Shown: positions 9,088-16,733 of the stretch, in pieces
Position numbering within the stretch: the first letter of the stretch is position 1
How the letters are laid out: every line of letters begins with the position of its first letter
Assembly: GCF_000172995.2 (NCBI RefSeq)
Contig: NC_014732.1
Location: forward strand, 162,835-194,834
DNA from: Halogeometricum borinquense DSM 11551
GTDB lineage: Archaea > Halobacteriota > Halobacteria > Halobacteriales > Haloferacaceae
Length of the DNA: 32,000 nt
Direction: 5' to 3'
Notes under the pieces: model-generated
Databases searched by the model: none
The model's input: only the letters and a program-made list of their open reading frames with translations
Told to the model about the DNA's origin: nothing
Program-made: the position numbers and the translations under genes

Positions 9088-9590
9088 AGGCGCAATACCA
9101 CGCCGTTCACGGTGTGGATACGCGCCGTCACTTGTGGTGACGGCCACCGTTGAAATGCTTTTCCGAGTTCCCTACCGTGATGTTTAACTGACAGGCGAGC
9201 GTAGTAGCCGATAGGAATCGGTCGGAACGGAGCGGATTCCGAACCGTCCTTCGGAGGCGGCCTGTCCGCCCATGTAACGAGGCAGTATCCGAAAGGGCAG
9301 TCGGTGAACGCACATTCCAGAAGAGTGTGTCGACGTGCCGACTGCTGAAAGCGAGCACCACGATACCCCCGACTCCACTGACACCTGCTGGCGTCCCTGT
9401 GGCAAAAACAACACTGGGACGCCGTACATGGTCAAGGATAGGGGTAACGGCCACTTGGCATGGCCAGCAGTCCACCAGTCCAACACCGTGGGACTACCCG
9501 TACCCGAAAGGGCTGGTAGTCCGCCGATTGGACTGCGAACCTGAAACTCCCACCGCTCGGGATTCCTCCGCGTTCACGCGGAGGAGGATG
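9088..9590 (+). ncRNA. candidate large structured non-coding RNA (family not recognised)
   Basis: This is a GC-rich island between AT-rich flanks with no credible ORF. Helices read directly from the sequence: 9089-9093/9122-9126 enclosing 9098-9105/9110-9117 (UUCA loop). 9127-9131/9137-9141. 9208-9212/9217-9221. 9222-9227/9237-9242. 9244-9249/9254-9260 with a C(UUCG)G loop. 9298-9304/9338-9344. 9390-9397/9416-9423. 9449-9453/9461-9465. 9468-9474/9529-9535 enclosing 9491-9498/9515-9522 with an inner GAAA loop. 9565-9572/9577-9584 (UUCA loop). The GNRA/UNCG-type loops are canonical only on the plus strand. The ends are approximate. Confidence 0.45.
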
Positions 9591-10077
9591 TCAAACTCTC
9601 ACTCTACTCTACGGCAGTAATCTGGAGATGCTTTCCGGGAGCTACGTAAGAACACAATTCTCTATAAGTCCTAGTTGTACTGCATGATTATCCAGCATTC
9701 GTTTCCAGAGCGGTAGCTTCCAATTGGTATAGAGGTGTATTCTAACACCTGTAATAGGAGATACAGATGATGCGGAGAGTTCTAACACGTAATAGAGGCA
9801 CGCATCGAATCAGAACCAACTCATGGCCTGATAGCACACAGAGGTCGGCAGTAATTCGAATATGAACCGTGTTCTGTGTGATGTCAGACAACAGTGGTTA
9901 TCTCAAGAGGAACATATAATACAGTACTCCCAATTTAGAAACCGCTCAAACAAACGAGTAACCGGCTGTCTGTCCGAATCGGACAATTCTGTACAGACAT
10001 CTTGCTTGATAAAGAACTCGACAGCTACTCAGTACAAACCGCATCCTTTTTGTTTTAGGTACCCCTAAAATCTGGTA

Positions 10078-10245
10078 ATGGCCGCTGGAACTCAGTCATA
10101 CTCCGAGGAAATCTCGGACCCAGAACACCCCTCGACCCCCGAGATATCTGTCTGTGAGAGCTGCCCCGGCAAATCAGTTTTCATCGAAGACGGGAATACC
10201 GACGGCTGGATCTCCAGCGACATGACTGTTGACGTAACTCGGTGA
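10078..10245 (+). CDS. small acidic protein (55 aa) with a CxxC pair
   Basis: This ORF is below the ORF-track length cutoff. My translation is MAAGTQSYSEEISDPEHPSTPEISVCESCPGKSVFIEDGNTDGWISSDMTVDVTR. Its stop lies 9 nt before the amphi-Trp gene ATG. The C-terminal W-I-S-x-D...V-D pattern resembles small haloarchaeal proteins I recall, but I could not verify this. Confidence 0.5.
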   Translation: MAAGTQSYSEEISDPEHPSTPEISVCESCPGKSVFIEDGNTDGWISSDMTVDVTR

Positions 10246-10254
10246 GTAACTACA

Positions 10255-10557
10255 ATGTCCGACTCAAACGAAAGTGCTGACACGGAAAGCGAACGAACGA
10301 CGATTCGGTCCGGACGTGAGTTCGAACAGGAGTACCGCCTTGACGCGAGCGAAGCGGGGAAATTTCTAATCAATCTCGGCGAACAGCTTCGCGATGAAGA
10401 CGAGCTAACGATTTCCACCGAAAAGTGGGAGCTCCCGTTTGCGTTCGGCGAGCCGATCGAGTTGGAAATTGATTTTGACGGAGTTGGGGATCCCGAACTC
10501 GAAGTCGAACTGTCGCTACCGGGACGAACCGATGAAAAAGCGCCTGATATAGAGTAG
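10255..10557 (+). CDS. amphi-Trp domain protein
   Basis: 100-aa acidic ORF. FEQEYRLDASEAGKFLINLGEQLRDEDELTISTEKWELPFAFGEPIELEIDFDG...ELEVELSLPG matches my memory of the amphi-Trp family architecture. Confidence 0.75.
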   Translation: MSDSNESADTESERTTIRSGREFEQEYRLDASEAGKFLINLGEQLRDEDELTISTEKWELPFAFGEPIELEIDFDGVGDPELEVELSLPGRTDEKAPDIE

Positions 10558-10571
10558 CCACCGTAGAAGCT

Positions 10572-11117
10572 TCACTTCGTCGCGGATTCGAGCACGAGCG
10601 TGTCGTCTTCGAGGTAGTGGTCGATGACGTGCGCGTGTTCTTCTATGTCCATGAGTTGCTCTCGGAGCATCTCACCGGTTGCGTAGTCGCCAAGGCCCTC
10701 GATGAGTTCGATGTGTTCTCTGTAGCTCTCGATGATGTCACCGTACATTTCGAGGTCGTTCGAGAGCGACGTCCGGATGTCGTAGACATCCTCGTCTTCG
10801 GCTTCCACCGTTGCGGCCTCCGAGAGTGCGGTCATACTGGCGTGTGGGACACCACCGAGCGTCTGAATCCGTTCGGCGACATCGTCAGCCGCGTCCTCGA
10901 CGTCCTCGTAGGCTTCCTGGAGGAAAATGTGAATATCGCGGTGTTCAGCGCCCTCGACGTTCCAGTGGTGTTTGTGTAGTTGGTGGTAGAGGACGTACGC
11001 GTCCGCGAGGTCGGTGTTCAGCGCGTCTACAATCTGTTCTACTTTGTCTTCATCGAGTCGTACAGGGTTCTCGCCAACGGTTCCTTCTTGACGGCGAACG
11101 GTCTCTTGTGTGCTCAT
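10572..11117 (-). CDS. dpsA: Dps-family DNA-protecting / ferritin-like protein
   Basis: ALNTDLADAYVLYHQLHKHHWNVEGAEHRDIHIFLQEAYEDVEDAADDVAERIQTLGG carries the Dps ferroxidase signature. Starting at ATG 11117 (MSTQETV) gives 181 aa, the typical length. Confidence 0.9.
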   Translation of the reverse strand: MSTQETVRRQEGTVGENPVRLDEDKVEQIVDALNTDLADAYVLYHQLHKHHWNVEGAEHRDIHIFLQEAYEDVEDAADDVAERIQTLGGVPHASMTALSEAATVEAEDEDVYDIRTSLSNDLEMYGDIIESYREHIELIEGLGDYATGEMLREQLMDIEEHAHVIDHYLEDDTLVLESATK

Positions 11118-11451
11118 TGCACGCAGTTGTTGGTTCGGAACCCTCTTAATACTTTCATCGATCAAACAATTTTTCGCGTTGCCTAAAACACCACAATCGT
11201 ACAGTAAATTGGTCTGTGGCGGAGTCTAGTGTATTCTCGAATTCCATGTGTCGATATTTCGAGTGCAATACGGTACGTTGATCGGGAAATGTCGTATCAT
11301 CTTGGAACTCACAGATTCACGTTCAGCGTTCCGATTCTCGGACGTGCAATCAACAGGAGTTCCGACTGGGGGGATTGCAGGGCCCGAAGAACGGGAGCGA
11401 AATACTCGCAAACGAACTTTCCAGTCTCTACCACCGGCATCACTCAAGATC

Positions 11452-11835
11452 TTACTTACATTCTGGATAGGCCTCATCTGCCTGAACGCGGTCTTTGGCA
11501 GCGAGTTCAAGATAGGGCTTCAAAGCGTCTGCCCTCTCTTCGAGTTCGATCAGTTGTTGGTCTGCATCGAACGTAAGTACACCAGCGTCATTGAGTTTCG
11601 AGAGGTGCGTATGGTAAAGAGACGTGACCGTTCGCTCACGATCCTCAGCAGTCGTCGTCTCGCACGCAACGAGTTGGTCGGCTAGTTCTTGCAGCCCGAT
11701 AGTACCGGCATGATCCATGAGAAATCGTAGAACGTCGCGTCGCTGCCTACTTATGAGTAGGTCAAACGCTGTATCTGGAGGAAACGCATTGCTGTGTGTA
11801 TCTGGCTCTGACCAGTCTCTCTCTCGTTCGGTCAT
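11452..11835 (-). CDS. haloarchaeal ArsR-like winged-helix DNA-binding protein
   Basis: AFDLLISRQRRDVLRFLMDHAGTIGLQELADQLVACE...SLYHTHLSKLNDAGVLTFDADQQLIEL is the common haloarchaeal HTH pattern. Confidence 0.8.
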   Translation of the reverse strand: MTERERDWSEPDTHSNAFPPDTAFDLLISRQRRDVLRFLMDHAGTIGLQELADQLVACETTTAEDRERTVTSLYHTHLSKLNDAGVLTFDADQQLIELEERADALKPYLELAAKDRVQADEAYPECK

Positions 11836-12005
11836 TATATCGTGTGTTATCTGGGACCGTCGAAAGTTGGGTTACTAGCGTACTAGCGATAGCGGATTGA
11901 ATAGTCCAGTTGGGCAATAGATGTAGTGCTTCAGAGTGATCGGAGGGTATGCAGTCAGAGAGGAATGCTCAGTCTCGCTGCATCACAAAAGAAGCACCGA
12001 GTGAC

Positions 12006-12239
12006 CTATGATTCAGTATTGAGATCTAATCCGCCGACTGCATCTTCCAGCCCATCCGCGTCAGTCGACGTTTTGACGTACTCAGAAAGAGATTGGTGTT
12101 CGTGATATTCTTCTAGGTCGTCAGTCCGCTGGAGACGAGATTCGTTCTGTTGCTCTGTTATCGTTGATTCGCCAGTAATCGCAACGAACAGATCGCGGTA
12201 CTTCTGACTCCGCTGTTGCTCGGTCGTTTTTTCGCTCAT
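12006..12239 (-). CDS. small acidic hypothetical protein (77 aa)
   Basis: Clean ATG ORF with acidic haloarchaeal composition. It is preceded by a micro-ORF whose stop overlaps this ATG. Confidence 0.55.
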   Translation of the reverse strand: MSEKTTEQQRSQKYRDLFVAITGESTITEQQNESRLQRTDDLEEYHEHQSLSEYVKTSTDADGLEDAVGGLDLNTES

Positions 12240-12367
12240 TATCCCACCACGCCCCCGAGCGCTTCGATTCTCACGGAGATGTTGTAGGTCACTTGGTAGT
12301 CAAGGCTGTTCTGGGAGTTGTTCGTTATCTCGGCGTTGAGTACTGAGTGAGGCTGGTAGTTGCTCAT
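12239..12367 (-). CDS. possible micro-ORF (42 aa) translationally coupled to the 77-aa gene
   Basis: My translation is MSNYQPHSVLNAEITNNSQNSLDYQVTYNISVRIEALGGVVG. Its TAA stop overlaps the downstream ATG (TAATG). It is too short to judge by composition. Confidence 0.25.
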   Translation of the reverse strand: MSNYQPHSVLNAEITNNSQNSLDYQVTYNISVRIEALGGVVG

Positions 12368-12464
12368 TGTGCCAGTCTCACATCCGCAGAGGACGAAAAT
12401 ATAGACAATATCTAGAAGACTAGTGACCCACCGATGACCACTCGTCTGATAACGTCAGCCACAC

Positions 12465-14873
12465 CTAGTCGAACAGTCCAATCTCATCGATCTGTTCCAG
12501 AACCTTCCGAGTCGCCTTCCGCACGTGGAGGTAGAACGTCGGTGACGTGATCCCGAGCGCATCGGCGAGTTCATCACCGGTCGAACAGCGTGGCGATTCG
12601 AAGAAGCCGGCGCGGTAGGCGAGTTCCAGAACCTCACGTTGGCGGTCGGTCAACAGTTCGTCAAGTGCGTCCTGTGTGAGATTGATCGACCGAACTGGGC
12701 GGTCAACCGAACGCTTGGCGATGAAAGTCGTATCCGGGTACGCTGCTTGAATTCCGGAGATGATCTTGCGGCTATCCGCATCCGGGGCAATCTCTCCGAC
12801 AACGGTTTCGTCACCGCTCTCGATGATTGCGGATGTCACAGTCGCACCGTATTCCAGCAGCGTCGTCACCGGTGACTGACTCACCTTGTATTCGACCGTG
12901 CCGGACGTTCCGGTCGCATCGACGACACGGGGATTTTCGACCACCGGCGAGGACGAGAGCTTCGTTGCTACCGCTTCGGGTGACACTCCATCAACCGACG
13001 TATAGCAGAGGTATGCGTTTTCAGAGGTGGGTACGATTGTTTTGAGTTCGAGCCGACAGTCGAGTTCCTCGCTTACCCGAACGAAGATCGATTCCGCACT
13101 TGACGTCTTGAACTCCAGTTCGACGACGGTATCCGTATGAAGGAGCCGTTCGTTCTCTGCGGCGTAGATTGCGTGCCCGATACGTTCCCCGAGTTCACGA
13201 AGCAATCCTTGCTCGTATTCGTCAAACGCGTTCGGCCGGTCCGAGTAGACCCCGATCACACCGTAAACAGTTCCATCAAAGGCAACCGGGATGGCGGCTG
13301 ACGATTGATATCCACCATCGAGCGCATTCTTATGCAACGATTCCGATAACGGATCAGTGAGGATATTCCGGGCTGCTTGGACATCGCAGGAGTGGACGGC
13401 CCGGCCGACCGGTCCCCGAACCGAGTCACCCTCGTTAGTTGTCACCGCAAAGTCGTCGAGACACTCGTCTTCGATTTCAGCCCACTCCTGTGGGGTCACT
13501 TGTTCACGTTCCGGAATATAGTCGCCGTACCACGCAAACAGGTAGGCATCGGACGCCGCTAACTGCTCGCAGACCACCTGTTCGATTTCGTCTCGTGTTG
13601 GGGCCTGCGCGAGCGCTCGATTGAGGGGGCGAAGGCTGTCTGTGATTTGCTTAACGCGTTCGAGTGCGACCCGTTGCCGTTCGAGTGTGCGCTCGCGCTC
13701 TTTTTGGTCGGTGATATCAGCACTCACTGCGACGAACCGCTCGATCTCTCCGTCATCGTCTGTCACTGGCGCGATCGTCTGATTAACGACGTATCGTTCG
13801 CCGGTCTTCCGCTGATTGGTCACTTCGCCCTGCCACACCTCACCCGAACGGATCGTTTCCCAAAGGTCCGCGTAGAACTCGTCGTTGTGCTCTCCGGAGC
13901 TAAGAAGTCGTGGCGTCTCGCCGCAGGCTTCTTCCTCCGAGTAGCCGGTGATATCCTCAAACGCTGGATTAACGTACTCGATGGTACCATCTGTATCAGT
14001 CATATAAATCGAGTGACCTGCTTGCTCAACTGCCTCGCGGAATGCCCGCAATCGCTCTTCGCGTTCCTTACGTTCAGTGATGTCCTCGGCGACGCCATCG
14101 ATGTAGACCTCTCCCTGTTCTTCCCGCCTGATCGCCGTGATTGACGTCCAAATCGTCTCACCTGTCGCAGTTTGTACTTTCAGTTCTTCGTCCGATATAA
14201 CGCCGTCCTCACGTAGCCGTTCCTGGAAGATCTGCCGCTCGTCTGGATCGGCGTAGAAATCCGCAGGGCCTTGCTGGAGGAGAGCCTCCATCGACGTGAC
14301 GTCGAGCATCTCTCGTAACGCTGTATTCCCCTCGACGAAGGTGCCACCGGAACAGGCCTCCGTTCGGTAAATTCCCTCCGGGAGGTGCGTAATTATATCT
14401 TCGTAGCGCTCGAGTTCGTTCCGGCGTTTTTCTCGGTCGGTGTTGTCCCGGAGTATCCCCGTGAAGAGCCGTTGGCCGTCGTGGCTGTGTTCTCGAAAGC
14501 GAATTGAAACTGGGACCTCGTGGCCGTCTTTGTGTCGCGCTGGAAAGTCAACGTCGTCCCAGTCCATCTGGCGTTCGCCTGTTTCGATGTACTGTTGGAA
14601 CGCCCGCGTGTGCTGTTGGTCAAGTCGATCAGGGACGAGCGTGAGCAGCGGTTGGCCGACTAGCTCGTTCGGTTGGTACCCGAGGATACGTTCGACTGCC
14701 GGGTTAGCAAAGACGATTGTGCTGTCTTCATCTACTGTGAGAAGACCCTCCGATGTGTTTGCCACGAGCGCTTGACAGAACTCCGTGGCATCGACATCGA
14801 GAGGAGATGTAGTAAAAACGCTCTCGAGGTCCCCACCCCACTTAGAGAACGAATTCTCACTCCGATTAGTCAT
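12465..14873 (-). CDS. Bat-like (bacterio-opsin activator family) sensor regulator: PAS x3, GAF, HTH_10
   Basis: 802 aa. PAS cores include GLLTVDEDSTIVFANPAVERILGYQPNELVGQPL and HSIYMTDTDGTIEYVNPAFEDITGYSEEE. The C-terminus LTDRQREVLELAYRAGFFESPRCSTGDELADALGITSPTFYLHVRKATRKVLE is the HTH_10 signature. Confidence 0.9.
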   Translation of the reverse strand: MTNRSENSFSKWGGDLESVFTTSPLDVDATEFCQALVANTSEGLLTVDEDSTIVFANPAVERILGYQPNELVGQPLLTLVPDRLDQQHTRAFQQYIETGERQMDWDDVDFPARHKDGHEVPVSIRFREHSHDGQRLFTGILRDNTDREKRRNELERYEDIITHLPEGIYRTEACSGGTFVEGNTALREMLDVTSMEALLQQGPADFYADPDERQIFQERLREDGVISDEELKVQTATGETIWTSITAIRREEQGEVYIDGVAEDITERKEREERLRAFREAVEQAGHSIYMTDTDGTIEYVNPAFEDITGYSEEEACGETPRLLSSGEHNDEFYADLWETIRSGEVWQGEVTNQRKTGERYVVNQTIAPVTDDDGEIERFVAVSADITDQKERERTLERQRVALERVKQITDSLRPLNRALAQAPTRDEIEQVVCEQLAASDAYLFAWYGDYIPEREQVTPQEWAEIEDECLDDFAVTTNEGDSVRGPVGRAVHSCDVQAARNILTDPLSESLHKNALDGGYQSSAAIPVAFDGTVYGVIGVYSDRPNAFDEYEQGLLRELGERIGHAIYAAENERLLHTDTVVELEFKTSSAESIFVRVSEELDCRLELKTIVPTSENAYLCYTSVDGVSPEAVATKLSSSPVVENPRVVDATGTSGTVEYKVSQSPVTTLLEYGATVTSAIIESGDETVVGEIAPDADSRKIISGIQAAYPDTTFIAKRSVDRPVRSINLTQDALDELLTDRQREVLELAYRAGFFESPRCSTGDELADALGITSPTFYLHVRKATRKVLEQIDEIGLFD

Positions 14874-15061
14874 TGGCGGCTCTGAGAGACAAGCACTGAA
14901 AAGCTCGTTGGAGAATGTGTATTATTGCCGTTCAAGATGGATTTGAATATCTACCCGCGCGTTCACGAATAGAACTCCGTTTCACGCACTGAAACAGCGT
15001 TCACGCTGTCGAACGTGTCTTGGTAGGAGGGGACAACACCTGTGTCACCGTTCGGTATAGT

Positions 15062-16477
15062 ATGACGGGGAAGTCAATCAGTGGCGAACCAACAGAACAG
15101 TTCGAAGCGGCGTTATACGGTGACCTGATTCGTCCCACCGATGCCGACTACGACGACGCCCGTGCGGTTTGGAACGGGATGATCGATAAGCATCCAGCGC
15201 TTATCGTGCGGTGTCAGGGTGTCGCTGATGTCGTTGCCGCCGTGAACTTCGCCCGCGAAAACGATGTTCTTGTTGCGGTTCGCGGTGGCGGACACAACGT
15301 TTCGGGGAACGCAGTCTGTGACGACGGCCTCGTTATCGACCTTTCTGAGATGACCGGCGTCAGAGTCGATCCAGCGGCGCAGACGGCGTGGGTCCAAGCC
15401 GGTGCCACGTGGGCCGACCTCGACCGCGAGACGCAACTATTCGGACTCGCGACACCCGGAGGCGTCGTTTCGGATACAGGCATTGCCGGGTTGACACTCG
15501 GCGGCGGAATCGGTCATCTCCGCTGCAAGTACGGTTTGAGCTGTGACAATCTTCGTTCGGTAGAACTCGTCACTGCCGACGGCGAGTTCCTGACGGCCAG
15601 CACAGACGAAAACGAAGAGTTGTTCTGGGGTCTCCGCGGCGGCGGCGGAAACTTCGGTGTAGTCACGGCGTTCGAGTTCGATCTTCACCCGGTTGGACCC
15701 GATGTCGCAACCTGTCTCGTGTTCTATCCGGGTGACCAGTTGCACGACTGTCTGCAAGCATACCGGGCGTACGCCGAATCGTCACCGGATGAAGTGAGTT
15801 CGCTCACGTTTGCGGGTGTGATGCCCGATGCGGAACTCTTCTCGGCGGACGTTCTACACGACTTCAAAATTGCGTTCATGGGCTGCTATGCGGGTCCCGC
15901 CGGAGAGGGAGAGTCCGCGCTCGCTCCACTCCGGGAGTTCGCCGAACCGATTGCTGACTTCAGCGGGACGATGCCGTACACCGACTTCCAGCAACTACTC
16001 GATGAAGATTACCCCGACGGAATGCGGTATTACTGGAAGTCGCTCTACCTCGACGGACTCTCCGATTCGGTCATCGAACGGATCGGACACTGGGCTGAGG
16101 CAGCGCCTTCACCGCTCTCAACAGTCGATGTGTGGCAACTCGGAGGTGCAATTGCGGATATCGATACCGATGAAAGCGCCTTCGCTGGCCGACACGCTCC
16201 GTTCCTCCTCGGCGTAGAGGCCAACTGGGAAGATTCCGAAAACGACGACGACAACGTGGCGTGGGTCCGCGACTGCCTCGATGATATGCGCCAGTTTTCG
16301 GACGGATCAGTCTATCTTAATTTTCCGGGCTTCTTCGAGGAGGGCGACGACATGATGCGGACCACGTTCGGCCCAGCGTACGAGCGGTTGGCCGAACTGA
16401 AAGATGAGTACGACCCAACGAACCGCTTCAGCCTCAATCAGAACATCGTACCGTCCGGAACTGCACAGACAGAATAG
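15062..16477 (+). CDS. FAD-linked oxidase (FAD_binding_4 plus BBE-like C-terminus)
   Basis: VAVRGGGHNVSGNAV is the FAD-binding PCMH motif. DEYDPTNRFSLNQNI is a BBE-type C-terminus. I prefer the ATG at 15062 over the TTG at 15020. Confidence 0.9.
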   Translation: MTGKSISGEPTEQFEAALYGDLIRPTDADYDDARAVWNGMIDKHPALIVRCQGVADVVAAVNFARENDVLVAVRGGGHNVSGNAVCDDGLVIDLSEMTGVRVDPAAQTAWVQAGATWADLDRETQLFGLATPGGVVSDTGIAGLTLGGGIGHLRCKYGLSCDNLRSVELVTADGEFLTASTDENEELFWGLRGGGGNFGVVTAFEFDLHPVGPDVATCLVFYPGDQLHDCLQAYRAYAESSPDEVSSLTFAGVMPDAELFSADVLHDFKIAFMGCYAGPAGEGESALAPLREFAEPIADFSGTMPYTDFQQLLDEDYPDGMRYYWKSLYLDGLSDSVIERIGHWAEAAPSPLSTVDVWQLGGAIADIDTDESAFAGRHAPFLLGVEANWEDSENDDDNVAWVRDCLDDMRQFSDGSVYLNFPGFFEEGDDMMRTTFGPAYERLAELKDEYDPTNRFSLNQNIVPSGTAQTE

Positions 16478-16733
16478 CACCAACTCTCTCCGCCGTCCCT
16501 CAGTTTTGTTCAGAGAGATTTCGACAGGTCACCATTCCGTTCTCGGATGAGTTCGACTGGAACGAGGTCCAATTACCAGTTGTCGTTTGAGAAAACCACG
16601 TGTTGCTCAGATATCGGGGGTAATCAATCGCACACGGCGATCCCTTAGTAACACATGTGTACGACTACGAAAGGTGGGTTGCTCGGATAAGTGACGCGCT
16701 GTGCGCGCGTAACAAAGATTGGGGGCACAACCC

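Noticed and set aside
9088-9590. The structured island as RNase P RNA, SRP (7S) RNA or a group II intron.
   Set aside because: I could not find the universal RNase P CR-I sequence GGAAAGUCC on either strand, a GGAAG/AGCA-type SRP helix-8 motif, or a 5' GUGYG. The GAAA-capped hairpin at 9491-9522 lacks the AGC triad and 3'-side bulge of a group II domain V. This was judged by eye only, so an Rfam scan is still needed.
9128-9620. ORFs 9128..9475(-), 9184..9486(-) and 9327..9620(+) as protein genes.
   Set aside because: They overlap one another in different frames. They are basic or Pro/Thr/Ser-rich, whereas all credible proteins here are acidic, and I saw no recognisable motifs.
9862-10068. 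68-aa ORF in the AT-rich tract upstream of the mini-protein gene.
   Set aside because: Its AT-rich codons, Cys/Asn/Gln-rich basic product and lack of motifs are inconsistent with the local proteome.
11226-11685. Three overlapping ORFs (94-145 aa) between dps and the wHTH gene.
   Set aside because: They overlap each other and the 3' part of the wHTH gene, have basic or neutral composition and show no motifs. They are probably intergenic or antisense noise.
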